Assembly: GCA_011524855.1 (NCBI GenBank) | Contig: WTJK01000043.1 | Coordinates: 38,483 to 102,482 of the forward strand | DNA: 64,000 nt | DNA from: Methanobacteriota archaeon | Lineage (GTDB): Archaea; Thermoplasmatota; Poseidoniia; Poseidoniales; Poseidoniaceae | Direction of reading: 5' to 3' | Shown: piece by piece, positions 1 through 7,358 of the stretch | Numbering within the stretch: position 1 is the first letter of the stretch | How the letters are laid out: each line of letters opens with the position of its first letter | The notes under the pieces: generated by a model | Database searches by the model: none | The model's input: only the letters and a program-made list of their open reading frames with translations | Told to the model about the DNA's origin: nothing | Program-made: the position numbers and the translations under genes

Positions 1-1
1 A

Positions 2-1057
2 GGTCAATCGGCTTCGGCTGCGGGGTTGACCGCTGCTGCCGTACAGGACGCCACCGCCGACGGTCGCTGGACGCTCGAAGCCGGCGCCCTTGTGCTGGCA
101 GATCTCGGTTTGGCTGCGATTGACGAATTCGACAAAATGAACGCGGCCGACCGTTCCAGCATGCACGAGGCCATGGAGCAACAGCGGATTTCGATTTCCA
201 AGGCCGGCATCAACGCCAGCCTTCGCACGCGTTGTGCCGTGCTGGCGGCCGCCAACCCCAAGGAAGGCCGATTCCAACCCATCAGCGATGCCCCGTTCAC
301 GTCGCAAATCAACCTCGCGCCCCCGCTGGTTTCTCGTTTCGATGTCATTTGGCTCATGACGGACAATGCCGATGAAGAGCACGATGCGAAAATCGCTTCT
401 CACATCGTTCAAACACGCCTCAAGGGTTCAAGCGAACTGCTCGTGAACGAAGGGAGCATGCCCGACCCGACCAAAAATCAACAGGCCAAAACCGTGGGAA
501 CGCGCACCGATGGCGTGTACACCCAATTGCCCAAGGATTTGCTCCGCAAGTACGTGGCCTACGCCAAGCGAACCGTTCGTCCCAAGCTGAACGAACAGGC
601 TCAACAAGCGATCGTGGACTTCTACGTCAAAACCCGAAAAGCGGGGGGTGAAGCCAGTGACAGCGTTGCCATCACGGCGCGTGCCCTTGAGGCGCTGTCT
701 CGGCTAACCGAAGCCAGTGCGCGAATCCGGCTTTCCGATGAAGCGACGTTAACCGATGCAGACCGCGCCATTCGGCTCACCAAAACCTGGCGATTTGAGT
801 TGATGGGGGAGCACTTTGACGAAACATCGGTCCACTCGGGGAAGAAAACCGCTGCTCGCAACCAAGAGCGACAAATGCTTGACATCGTATCGACGCTGCA
901 GAACCACACTGGCACGCATGCCAAGTTGCTTGACGTGCTCAACGAAGCCGAACGCGAAGACATCCCGCGCAGCAAGGCCGAAGACATCCTCGAGAAGTTG
1001 GTGCGCGGAGGTCGCTTGATGCGGCCCAAAGGCTACGACACACTGCAGATGATTTAG
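2..1057 (+). CDS. mcm: MCM replicative helicase, C-terminal half (5' end cut by window edge)
   Basis: The frame is open from nt 2; the track start at 26 is an internal TTG. MCM AAA+ signatures are present: 'GLTAAAVQD', 'LEAGALVLAD..AAIDEFDKM' (Walker B), 'SMHEAMEQQRISISKAGI', 'RCAVLAAANP', 'SRFDVIW' (Arg-finger region), followed by a winged-helix-like tail. Confidence 0.9.
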   Translation, partial: GQSASAAGLTAAAVQDATADGRWTLEAGALVLADLGLAAIDEFDKMNAADRSSMHEAMEQQRISISKAGINASLRTRCAVLAAANPKEGRFQPISDAPFTSQINLAPPLVSRFDVIWLMTDNADEEHDAKIASHIVQTRLKGSSELLVNEGSMPDPTKNQQAKTVGTRTDGVYTQLPKDLLRKYVAYAKRTVRPKLNEQAQQAIVDFYVKTRKAGGEASDSVAITARALEALSRLTEASARIRLSDEATLTDADRAIRLTKTWRFELMGEHFDETSVHSGKKTAARNQERQMLDIVSTLQNHTGTHAKLLDVLNEAEREDIPRSKAEDILEKLVRGGRLMRPKGYDTLQMI

Positions 1058-1074
1058 CCAGAGCAAGCGTGGTG

Positions 1075-1080
1075 CTCATG
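1075..1080 (+). promoter_or_regulatory. putative TATA-like box CTCATG, starts 29 nt upstream of gatE ATG (1104)
   Basis: Member of the recurrent YT[CGT]A[AT]R hexamer series found at -29/-30 of about 20 start codons in this window. Lies in the 46-nt gap after the mcm stop codon (1055-1057). Confidence 0.4.
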
Positions 1081-1103
1081 AAGGGCAACCCCATGGGGAA
1101 CCC

Positions 1104-3122
1104 ATGGACGATGCGTTGACGGCGGACCTTACTCGACCGGATGCACTCAACCCGGAGGCCCTCGGCTTCATGTGCGGGCTGGAGGTTCACCAGCAGTTGG
1201 CCACGGGAAAGTTGCACTCAAGGCAACCGGGGGTGTTGTACGACGTGACCATCGATTCGGTGCCCGATGCGTGGCCCCGTTTCGCTCGAAGGTTGCGTGC
1301 AGCGCGTGGTGAAGGCGGTACTGTCGATGTCGCTGCTCGTTTTGAAGCGAAACGAAACCGTTCGTTTGTCTATGTTCAAACGCCCAACGCCGGCCTCGTG
1401 GAGCTGGATGAACAACCGCCTGTGGCCATGGATGCTGATGCTGTTGACATCGCCCTCACCGTCGCTGCGTTGCTCGACGCCCGGCCGGTGCCGCTGGTCC
1501 AAACCATGCGAAAAACCGTCGTTGACGGCTCCAACACGAGCGGATTCCAACGGACATCGTTGATGGCCACGGCCGGTATGCTCGAGACGGACGACGGACC
1601 GGTGGGCGTTGACGTTTTGTGTTTGGAGGAAGACAGTGCGAGGAAACTGGACACCGTTGATCACGCCACGGGTCAAACCGTGATCTACAACTTGGATCGT
1701 CTCGGCCTTCCACTGATCGAAATCGCAACCGCACCTGACGTCCAATCCCCCGAACACGCCAAGAGCACGGCCATTGCACTGGGCCGTGTACTTCGTCAAA
1801 CACGTCGTGTCCGTCGCGGTTTGGGCAGCATTCGTCAGGACCTCAACGTCTCCATCGCCTGTGGCGACCGTGTTGAAATCAAGGGATGTCAAGACCTGGG
1901 CTGGATTCCCACCATCGTCCGGCTTGAAATGGTTCGACAGCTCCACTTTTTCCGTTTGGCCAATCAACTCCGTGCGGGATTGAATCTTCCTTCGTTGCCC
2001 GAAGATCGTCGACTGGACGACGACGTCTGCGAAACAGAGGTGGCAGCGGCGGTGGCCAAACGCTACGCTCTGGACCTGCACGATGTGACGGCAGCGTTCA
2101 ACGACACCGTCTCCGGTATGGTTGAGCAGGCGTTCACGAACGGTGCCGTGATGTTGGCACTGCCGTTGCCGGGCATGCACGGTTTGCTGGGCACCAAAAC
2201 ATTCGATGAACAGGGTGCACAACTCCCTCGGCTCGGACGAGAACTTGCTGGCGCTGCGAAATTGGCCGGTGTCAAAGGCATCTTCCACAGCGATGAGTTG
2301 CCGGCGTACGGCATCTCGGCCTTGGAAGTCGACGCGGTCCGGGCACAACTCCAACTTGCGAGCGACGACGGCTTTGTGCTGTGCTGCGCCCCACTTTGGC
2401 AGGCATCGTTGGCGCTTGAAGCGGTCCTGAATCGAGCGCGGGCAGCCTTTCACCGCATCCAGAAAGAAGTTCGAAACGTGGTGGTGAAGAAAGGTGCTCC
2501 CGACGACGGGACCACTGCCCCCATGCGACCTTTGCCGGGGGGGTCAAGGATGTACCCTGAAACGGACGTTCCACCCCATGCCGTGACGGCCGAGCAATGG
2601 GCCGATGTCCTTGCACGCTTGCCCATGGACGACCAAGCCCGTGCCGATCGCTTGTCAACCACCGAAGCTTCCAGTGATCAGGCGCAGCAACTCTTGGCCA
2701 GGGAATTGGACGACGTGTACATGGAGCATGCGTCGTCGCTTCCTCACAAAGCATGGGCTTCCTTGTTGTTGACGCACGACGACGAAGATCCGCTGCTGTT
2801 GGTCAACGTGCTCACGCTTCGAGCACAGGACATGGTTGCTCGTGACCATGTCGAGACCCTGGTGGAAGCGTTCCGTGGGCTATCCCCGACCGTCGAAGCG
2901 TTGCAAGCCCACGTTGAGGCCAACGGCCTCGGCCCGGTGGATGTCGGGGATTTGGCCGCCATCGTCAACGGCATCGTCGCTGAGCGACTTGATTTCGTCC
3001 AAGAGCGTGGAATGGGGGCAATGGGTCCGTTGATGGGCGTCGTGATGCAAGCAGCGCAAGGCGCCGACGGCAAAGAGGTCAGTACGCTGTTGCGAGCCGC
3101 CATCCAAGCCGCCGTGGAGTGA
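1104..3122 (+). CDS. gatE: Glutamyl-tRNA(Gln) amidotransferase subunit E (archaeal GatE)
   Basis: 672 aa. Shows an N-terminal 'GLEVHQQL' GatB/E signature, 'GGSRMYPETD', a GatE-type inserted domain, and a C-terminal YqeY/GatB-like helical tail. Confidence 0.85.
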   Translation: MDDALTADLTRPDALNPEALGFMCGLEVHQQLATGKLHSRQPGVLYDVTIDSVPDAWPRFARRLRAARGEGGTVDVAARFEAKRNRSFVYVQTPNAGLVELDEQPPVAMDADAVDIALTVAALLDARPVPLVQTMRKTVVDGSNTSGFQRTSLMATAGMLETDDGPVGVDVLCLEEDSARKLDTVDHATGQTVIYNLDRLGLPLIEIATAPDVQSPEHAKSTAIALGRVLRQTRRVRRGLGSIRQDLNVSIACGDRVEIKGCQDLGWIPTIVRLEMVRQLHFFRLANQLRAGLNLPSLPEDRRLDDDVCETEVAAAVAKRYALDLHDVTAAFNDTVSGMVEQAFTNGAVMLALPLPGMHGLLGTKTFDEQGAQLPRLGRELAGAAKLAGVKGIFHSDELPAYGISALEVDAVRAQLQLASDDGFVLCCAPLWQASLALEAVLNRARAAFHRIQKEVRNVVVKKGAPDDGTTAPMRPLPGGSRMYPETDVPPHAVTAEQWADVLARLPMDDQARADRLSTTEASSDQAQQLLARELDDVYMEHASSLPHKAWASLLLTHDDEDPLLLVNVLTLRAQDMVARDHVETLVEAFRGLSPTVEALQAHVEANGLGPVDVGDLAAIVNGIVAERLDFVQERGMGAMGPLMGVVMQAAQGADGKEVSTLLRAAIQAAVE

Positions 3123-3126
3123 AACC

Positions 3127-4782
3127 ATGCGTCGCCATCCCTTTGCTCTCCTCGGGCTGCTCCTCTTGGTTGGCGCTGCACCGTTGGCTTCTGCCGGATG
3201 GACGGCTTCATGGTCGTTTGCGCTTGACGACGGTTACATCACCACGACACCTCAAACCGACGGCACCAACATTTTCCTACGCTCGTCTGGGTTCTGGGTC
3301 GACGAGGCTCGACCGGAGGTGGTGGCCCTCAACGGACAAGGTGAGGTGCAGTGGCGGGTTGACAACCCCAACGCCACGCAACACGACATGTCACCCTTGC
3401 TCCACATCAAACGGACATCAGGGGATTGCGGCAACAGCGGGCCGTCGTTGTTGGTCGGTTGGTCCGACGGTCGTTTGGAACGCTTGGACCCCAGCAACGG
3501 GACTTCGTTGTGGTCCATCACCACCGAGGTTGACGTGTGGGGCATCACGGGTTCCATAGCAAAAGACGGTGATCATGTGGTCGTGTCGACCCGAACCGGT
3601 TTGTTGCGGGTGTGCGTCGCCACGGGTGAGGTGAACTTCAGCGCATCAACCGGCCTCGGTTGGCGAAACGGTCCGACCGTGACCGAGGAAGGCTTCTGGC
3701 AGGGCGACGAAGCAGGACGACTGTGGCACGTCGACCGAAACGGCAGTGCCACGGTTCGGGCGAATTTCTCGGGCTATCTTCGCCATCCTCCCGTGGTGGC
3801 AGGTGATCACCTTCTGCTTCATGTTCAGCACGCTGCAAACAGCACGCTGATGGCGTTTAACCGCACGTCCAACTCGACCGCCTTCATCGCTTCATCGGGT
3901 CCTTCCCCGGCGCTCCCGTTGCGCGTTTCAGGAGGCGCCTTGTTCGGAGACAGCAACCACCTCACCAGCGTTCGCTGCGAAGCAACGTGTTGGCTCGAGG
4001 ACCGAATGAACGCCACCACCAACGGGGCCATGAAACGCGACCGCTCGGGTGCATTGTGGTTCCCCATCAACACCCCTGAGGGAGGTTGGACCAGCGTTGA
4101 CGTGTCGTCCAACCTGACGTTTGGTACCCAATCAACGCTCTTGACATCGGTCGACACCTACGGCACAGCCGCCCCCTTGTTCATCGGTGAACGGATGTAC
4201 TTGGGCAACGATGCGGGTGTGCTGTTGGCCCACGAGGTCTACTACGCTGACCCGCCACCCTTTGTGTACGACCCTGCTGCCGCTGTTGGCGGTGCCATCT
4301 TGGCAGGGGTCATGGTGGGTTTGGCTGTCCTCGTGCGCCGCACCTCAACGCTTTGGGGCTGGCGTGGTTTGAGCGCCGTGGCCCTCGTCCTTGCACTGAT
4401 GATGCTGCCGGATGCGGTTCGGGAATGGAACGCGGAAGCCCCGGTGGTCCAAGGACCCGTGACGGCATGGAACGAAACCTGGCCCCAAGCATGGCGGGAC
4501 GGGCACGTCCTGATCGTTGAGTTTGAAGACCGGACGCTGATGGAAGGCGGGTATGCAGGTCCAACAACGGTCGAAGCCCTGACCCGCCAAGGGGCGGGGG
4601 ACATGGGCCTCTCCTTTGAAATTCAAGACACCGTTTTGGGACCCTACCTCACGGCGTTCGATGGCCAAGAGGGGTACGGTTGGGAGTATTTCGTGAACGG
4701 TGAGCGCGTGCCTTTGTCCATCGCTGATGCCGAATTGAACGAACCCTCCATCGTCCACTGGCGACTGGCTTCGGCGAGGTAA
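3127..4782 (+). CDS. Secreted/membrane beta-propeller-like protein with C-terminal DUF4430-like domain
   Basis: Signal peptide 'MRRHPFALLGLLLLVGAAPLASA'. Contains PQQ/BamB-like repeat segments ('LWSITTEVDVWGITGSIAKDGDHVVVSTRTGLL'), two hydrophobic helices ('AVGGAILAGVMVGLAVLV', 'LSAVALVLALMMLP'), and a C-terminus 'GYGWEYFVNGERVPLSIADAELNEPSIVHWRL' typical of DUF4430. Only a 4-nt gap after gatE. Confidence 0.6.
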   Translation: MRRHPFALLGLLLLVGAAPLASAGWTASWSFALDDGYITTTPQTDGTNIFLRSSGFWVDEARPEVVALNGQGEVQWRVDNPNATQHDMSPLLHIKRTSGDCGNSGPSLLVGWSDGRLERLDPSNGTSLWSITTEVDVWGITGSIAKDGDHVVVSTRTGLLRVCVATGEVNFSASTGLGWRNGPTVTEEGFWQGDEAGRLWHVDRNGSATVRANFSGYLRHPPVVAGDHLLLHVQHAANSTLMAFNRTSNSTAFIASSGPSPALPLRVSGGALFGDSNHLTSVRCEATCWLEDRMNATTNGAMKRDRSGALWFPINTPEGGWTSVDVSSNLTFGTQSTLLTSVDTYGTAAPLFIGERMYLGNDAGVLLAHEVYYADPPPFVYDPAAAVGGAILAGVMVGLAVLVRRTSTLWGWRGLSAVALVLALMMLPDAVREWNAEAPVVQGPVTAWNETWPQAWRDGHVLIVEFEDRTLMEGGYAGPTTVEALTRQGAGDMGLSFEIQDTVLGPYLTAFDGQEGYGWEYFVNGERVPLSIADAELNEPSIVHWRLASAR

Positions 4783-4807
4783 GGCCTAAGGGGACCTGCT
4801 CGTTGGG

Positions 4808-5473
4808 GTGAGCATGTTCGAGGCCGTTGGCGTGCACGGGCCGGAATTGAGCCCAACCGCTGCGTTGGTCCTTGATGCGGTGCTGGTGGCTTCGGTGTTC
4901 ACCCTGCTGGTGGCACCCGCACGTCAGAAAACCGCTGATATGGCCTTGTTAGGAACGCTTGTGTTGGCATGTTCAGCGGTGCGTGTGGTGATGGTTCCTT
5001 TGCCCAACGTCCAACCCGTGACCGTTGTCGCATTGCTCGTTGGTGCACGGCTCGGGGCCGCACGCGGTGTCGCATTCGCCGTTCTGGTTGCGCTGCTCTC
5101 CAACGCGGTGATCGGCGACGGTTGGTGGACGTTGTTCCAAGCCATGGGCTGGTCGTTGGTCGCCGTGTTGGGCAGCCGCCTTGACGTGGGCTCCTCTGAA
5201 TCGGTGCACCTCTCCCGGCTGGCGGGTGCCTCGGTGGTGGCCGCCTTCTTGTTCGGCTCGGTCACGACGCTCTCGCTGGTGGACGGCAGCACGACAGCCG
5301 CTTCCTTCGTCTCCTTGCTCGTTCAAGGATTGCCGTTTGACGTCGTCCATGCCATTGGGAACGTTGCCATTGTGGCTTGGTGTGCACCGATGCTGATGCG
5401 TTTCCTCGACCGAATTGACACCTCCTTGGAGCACGTGATTGAGGTCGTTGAACGCCATGCCATCGATGGATGA
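4808..5473 (+). CDS. Polytopic membrane protein, ECF-transporter S-component-like
   Basis: About 6 predicted TM helices. 'PLPNVQPVTVVALLVGARLGAARG' resembles substrate-capture S components. Sits immediately downstream of the DUF4430 protein. The start could be GTG 4808 or ATG 4814. Confidence 0.5.
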   Translation: MSMFEAVGVHGPELSPTAALVLDAVLVASVFTLLVAPARQKTADMALLGTLVLACSAVRVVMVPLPNVQPVTVVALLVGARLGAARGVAFAVLVALLSNAVIGDGWWTLFQAMGWSLVAVLGSRLDVGSSESVHLSRLAGASVVAAFLFGSVTTLSLVDGSTTAASFVSLLVQGLPFDVVHAIGNVAIVAWCAPMLMRFLDRIDTSLEHVIEVVERHAIDG

Positions 5474-5822
5474 TACCCCCAGCATGGCGCTGATCGTTCG
5501 CCGGGATTTGGCGATGTCCGCTGGGAAAATGGCCGTGCAGTGTGCCCATGCAGCGGTGACCTGCACCCGCCGAGCCCGTCAACACGGACGCCTGTACGAC
5601 CGATGGTTGGAAAGCGGCGCACGCAAGGTCTGCCTGGCAGCCGACGACGAGGTTCACTTGAACGAATTGCTGGCCATGGCGGAGGCGCATCACGTGGTGC
5701 ACGCCCTCATCACCGACGCCGGTCATACAGAACTGCCACCGGGGACGGTCACGGTGCTCGGTTTGGGTCCAGCGCCACGGCGTACATTGGACGCCATCAC
5801 GGGTTCGCTCGCATCGTGGTGA
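5466..5822 (+). CDS. pth2: Peptidyl-tRNA hydrolase, archaeal/eukaryotic Pth2 type (copy A)
   Basis: 'ALIVRRDLAMSAGKMAVQCAHAAV' and 'DAGHTELPPGTVTVLGLGP' are Pth2 hallmarks. The start is uncertain (ATG at 5457, 5466 or 5484; the track gives 5439). The 5466 start overlaps the upstream stop codon. Confidence 0.8.
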   Translation: MDDTPSMALIVRRDLAMSAGKMAVQCAHAAVTCTRRARQHGRLYDRWLESGARKVCLAADDEVHLNELLAMAEAHHVVHALITDAGHTELPPGTVTVLGLGPAPRRTLDAITGSLASW

Positions 5823-5826
5823 TCGC

Positions 5827-6243
5827 ATGGGTCTTCGTTCCTGGTTGCACCGAATCACGGCTCCACACGGCGCGGTGGAGCACATTCGTCAACCGGTGAA
5901 GCTGGTGTGCGTGGTCAACCAGTCGCTCAAAATGGGCAAAGGCAAAATCGCTGCTCAGGTGGGCCATGCATCGGTCGGGGCGTTCCTTGGTGCAGGCCCC
6001 ACCCACCCTGGCCACGTGGAGGCTTGGCTCGCCTCCGGCCAGAAGAAAATCTGTGTCAAGGTGCCCGAAGACGCGGCGTTTGACCGTTTGATGGCTGAAG
6101 CCAAAGCGCTCAACGTTCCCTTCCATTTGGTGCGCGATGCTGGGCACACCCAGATCCCTGCCGGTTCCAAAACCGTGTTGGCGCTCGGGCCCTATGAGAG
6201 CGAAACCCTTGACCGGTTGACAGGCGAACTCAAACTCCTGTGA
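5827..6243 (+). CDS. pth2: Peptidyl-tRNA hydrolase Pth2 type (copy B, with ~23 aa N-terminal extension)
   Basis: 'VKLVCVVNQSLKMGKGKIAAQVGHASVGAF' and 'DAGHTQIPAGSKTVLALGP'. Begins 4 nt after copy A ends. An internal GTG at 5896 is an alternative start. Confidence 0.8.
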   Translation: MGLRSWLHRITAPHGAVEHIRQPVKLVCVVNQSLKMGKGKIAAQVGHASVGAFLGAGPTHPGHVEAWLASGQKKICVKVPEDAAFDRLMAEAKALNVPFHLVRDAGHTQIPAGSKTVLALGPYESETLDRLTGELKLL

Positions 6244-6250
6244 CACCGCG

Positions 6251-6256
6251 TTGATG
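6251..6256 (+). promoter_or_regulatory. putative TATA-like box TTGATG, 29 nt upstream of ltaE ATG 6280
   Basis: The same TTGATG hexamer also sits at exactly -29 of the ATGs at 21550 (minus strand) and 51591. Confidence 0.4.
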
Positions 6257-6279
6257 AAGGGGTGGACGCAAGGCGTGGC

Positions 6280-7323
6280 ATGCGCGAACACCCCTCGGAC
6301 CGCATCGATTTTCGTTCCGACACCGTCACTCAACCCACCGCAGCGATGCGGCAGGCCATGGTGGAGGCAGAGGTGGGCGACGACGTGCTCGGTGACGACC
6401 CCACCGTCACGTCCCTCGAAACCCGGGTCGCTTCGTTGTTTGGCAAAGAAGCGGGCCTGTTCCTTGCCTCAGGGACGATGGCCAACGCCGTGGCCCTTCG
6501 AACCCACACCGTGCCGGGTGACGAAATTGTGTGCGACCGAACCGCTCACATCTACAGGTACGAAGGCGGCGGTTACGCTGCCTTGTGCGGGGCCTCCATT
6601 GCGTTGGTCGACGGCCACAAAGGCTTGATGACGCCCGAACAGGTCCAATCCGCCATTCGAAAAGCCGACGGCTCGGGCAGCCACTACCCGAACGGCACCC
6701 TGGTCTGCGTTGAAAACACCTCCAACCTGGGCGGAGGGGCCTGCTACGATCAGATGACGTTGGACGGCATCGCATCCGTGGCCAAAGCGCACGGCTGTGC
6801 GACGCACATCGACGGTGCTCGCATCTTCAACGCCAGCGAAGCCACCGGTGTCTCGGTAGCGGACATGTGTGCAGCCTACGATTCGGTTTCGATTTGCTTC
6901 TCCAAGGGCTTGGGTGCCCCGGTTGGCTCGGTGCTGGTGGGTTCAGAGGCGTTCATTGCGCAAGCCCATCGATGGCGGAAGATGTTCGGGGGGGGGTGGC
7001 GACAAGCTGGCCTCCTGGCTGCTGCTGCTCACCATGCGCTCGACCACCACGTGGAACGGCTGGCAGAAGACCATGCTCGGGCGCGCACGCTGGCGAATGC
7101 GGTGAACGCCATGCCGGGTTTTTCGGTCGACCTTGCAACGGTCCAGACGAACATGGTCTACGTCACGTGCGAGCGGCCTGCGGCTGAGGTGGCCGAGACC
7201 CTCGCCACCCACGGCGTGGACGTGTTTGACATCGCGCCGACCAAGATTCGAATCGTGGTGCATCTGCACATCACGGACGAGGACGTGAGCCGTTTTCTCG
7301 AGATCATGCGCACCGCGTTTTGA
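6280..7323 (+). CDS. ltaE: Low-specificity L-threonine aldolase (PLP enzyme)
   Basis: 'IDFRSDTVTQPTAAMRQAM..GDDVLGDDPTV..LE' N-terminus and 'FSKGLGAPVGS' (PLP-lysine region). ATG 6280 is preferred over the track GTG 6262 because of the -29 box and the length of the homolog N-terminus. Confidence 0.85.
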   Translation: MREHPSDRIDFRSDTVTQPTAAMRQAMVEAEVGDDVLGDDPTVTSLETRVASLFGKEAGLFLASGTMANAVALRTHTVPGDEIVCDRTAHIYRYEGGGYAALCGASIALVDGHKGLMTPEQVQSAIRKADGSGSHYPNGTLVCVENTSNLGGGACYDQMTLDGIASVAKAHGCATHIDGARIFNASEATGVSVADMCAAYDSVSICFSKGLGAPVGSVLVGSEAFIAQAHRWRKMFGGGWRQAGLLAAAAHHALDHHVERLAEDHARARTLANAVNAMPGFSVDLATVQTNMVYVTCERPAAEVAETLATHGVDVFDIAPTKIRIVVHLHITDEDVSRFLEIMRTAF

Positions 7324-7329
7324 TGGAGA

Positions 7330-7335
7330 TTTATA
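7330..7335 (+). promoter_or_regulatory. putative TATA box TTTATA, 29 nt upstream of ATG 7359
   Basis: AT-rich 'ATTTATAT' lies right after the ltaE stop codon (7321-7323). The spacing to ATG 7359 is identical to the other boxes. Confidence 0.5.
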
Positions 7336-7358
7336 TCGGCTCAAACGATCATAGCGTC

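Noticed and set aside
1218-2453. 411-aa ORF antisense to gatE
   Set aside because: The opposite strand encodes a protein with clear GatE motifs. The antisense translation is R/V/H/Q-rich and low in complexity, as expected for stop-poor antisense frames in GC-rich DNA.
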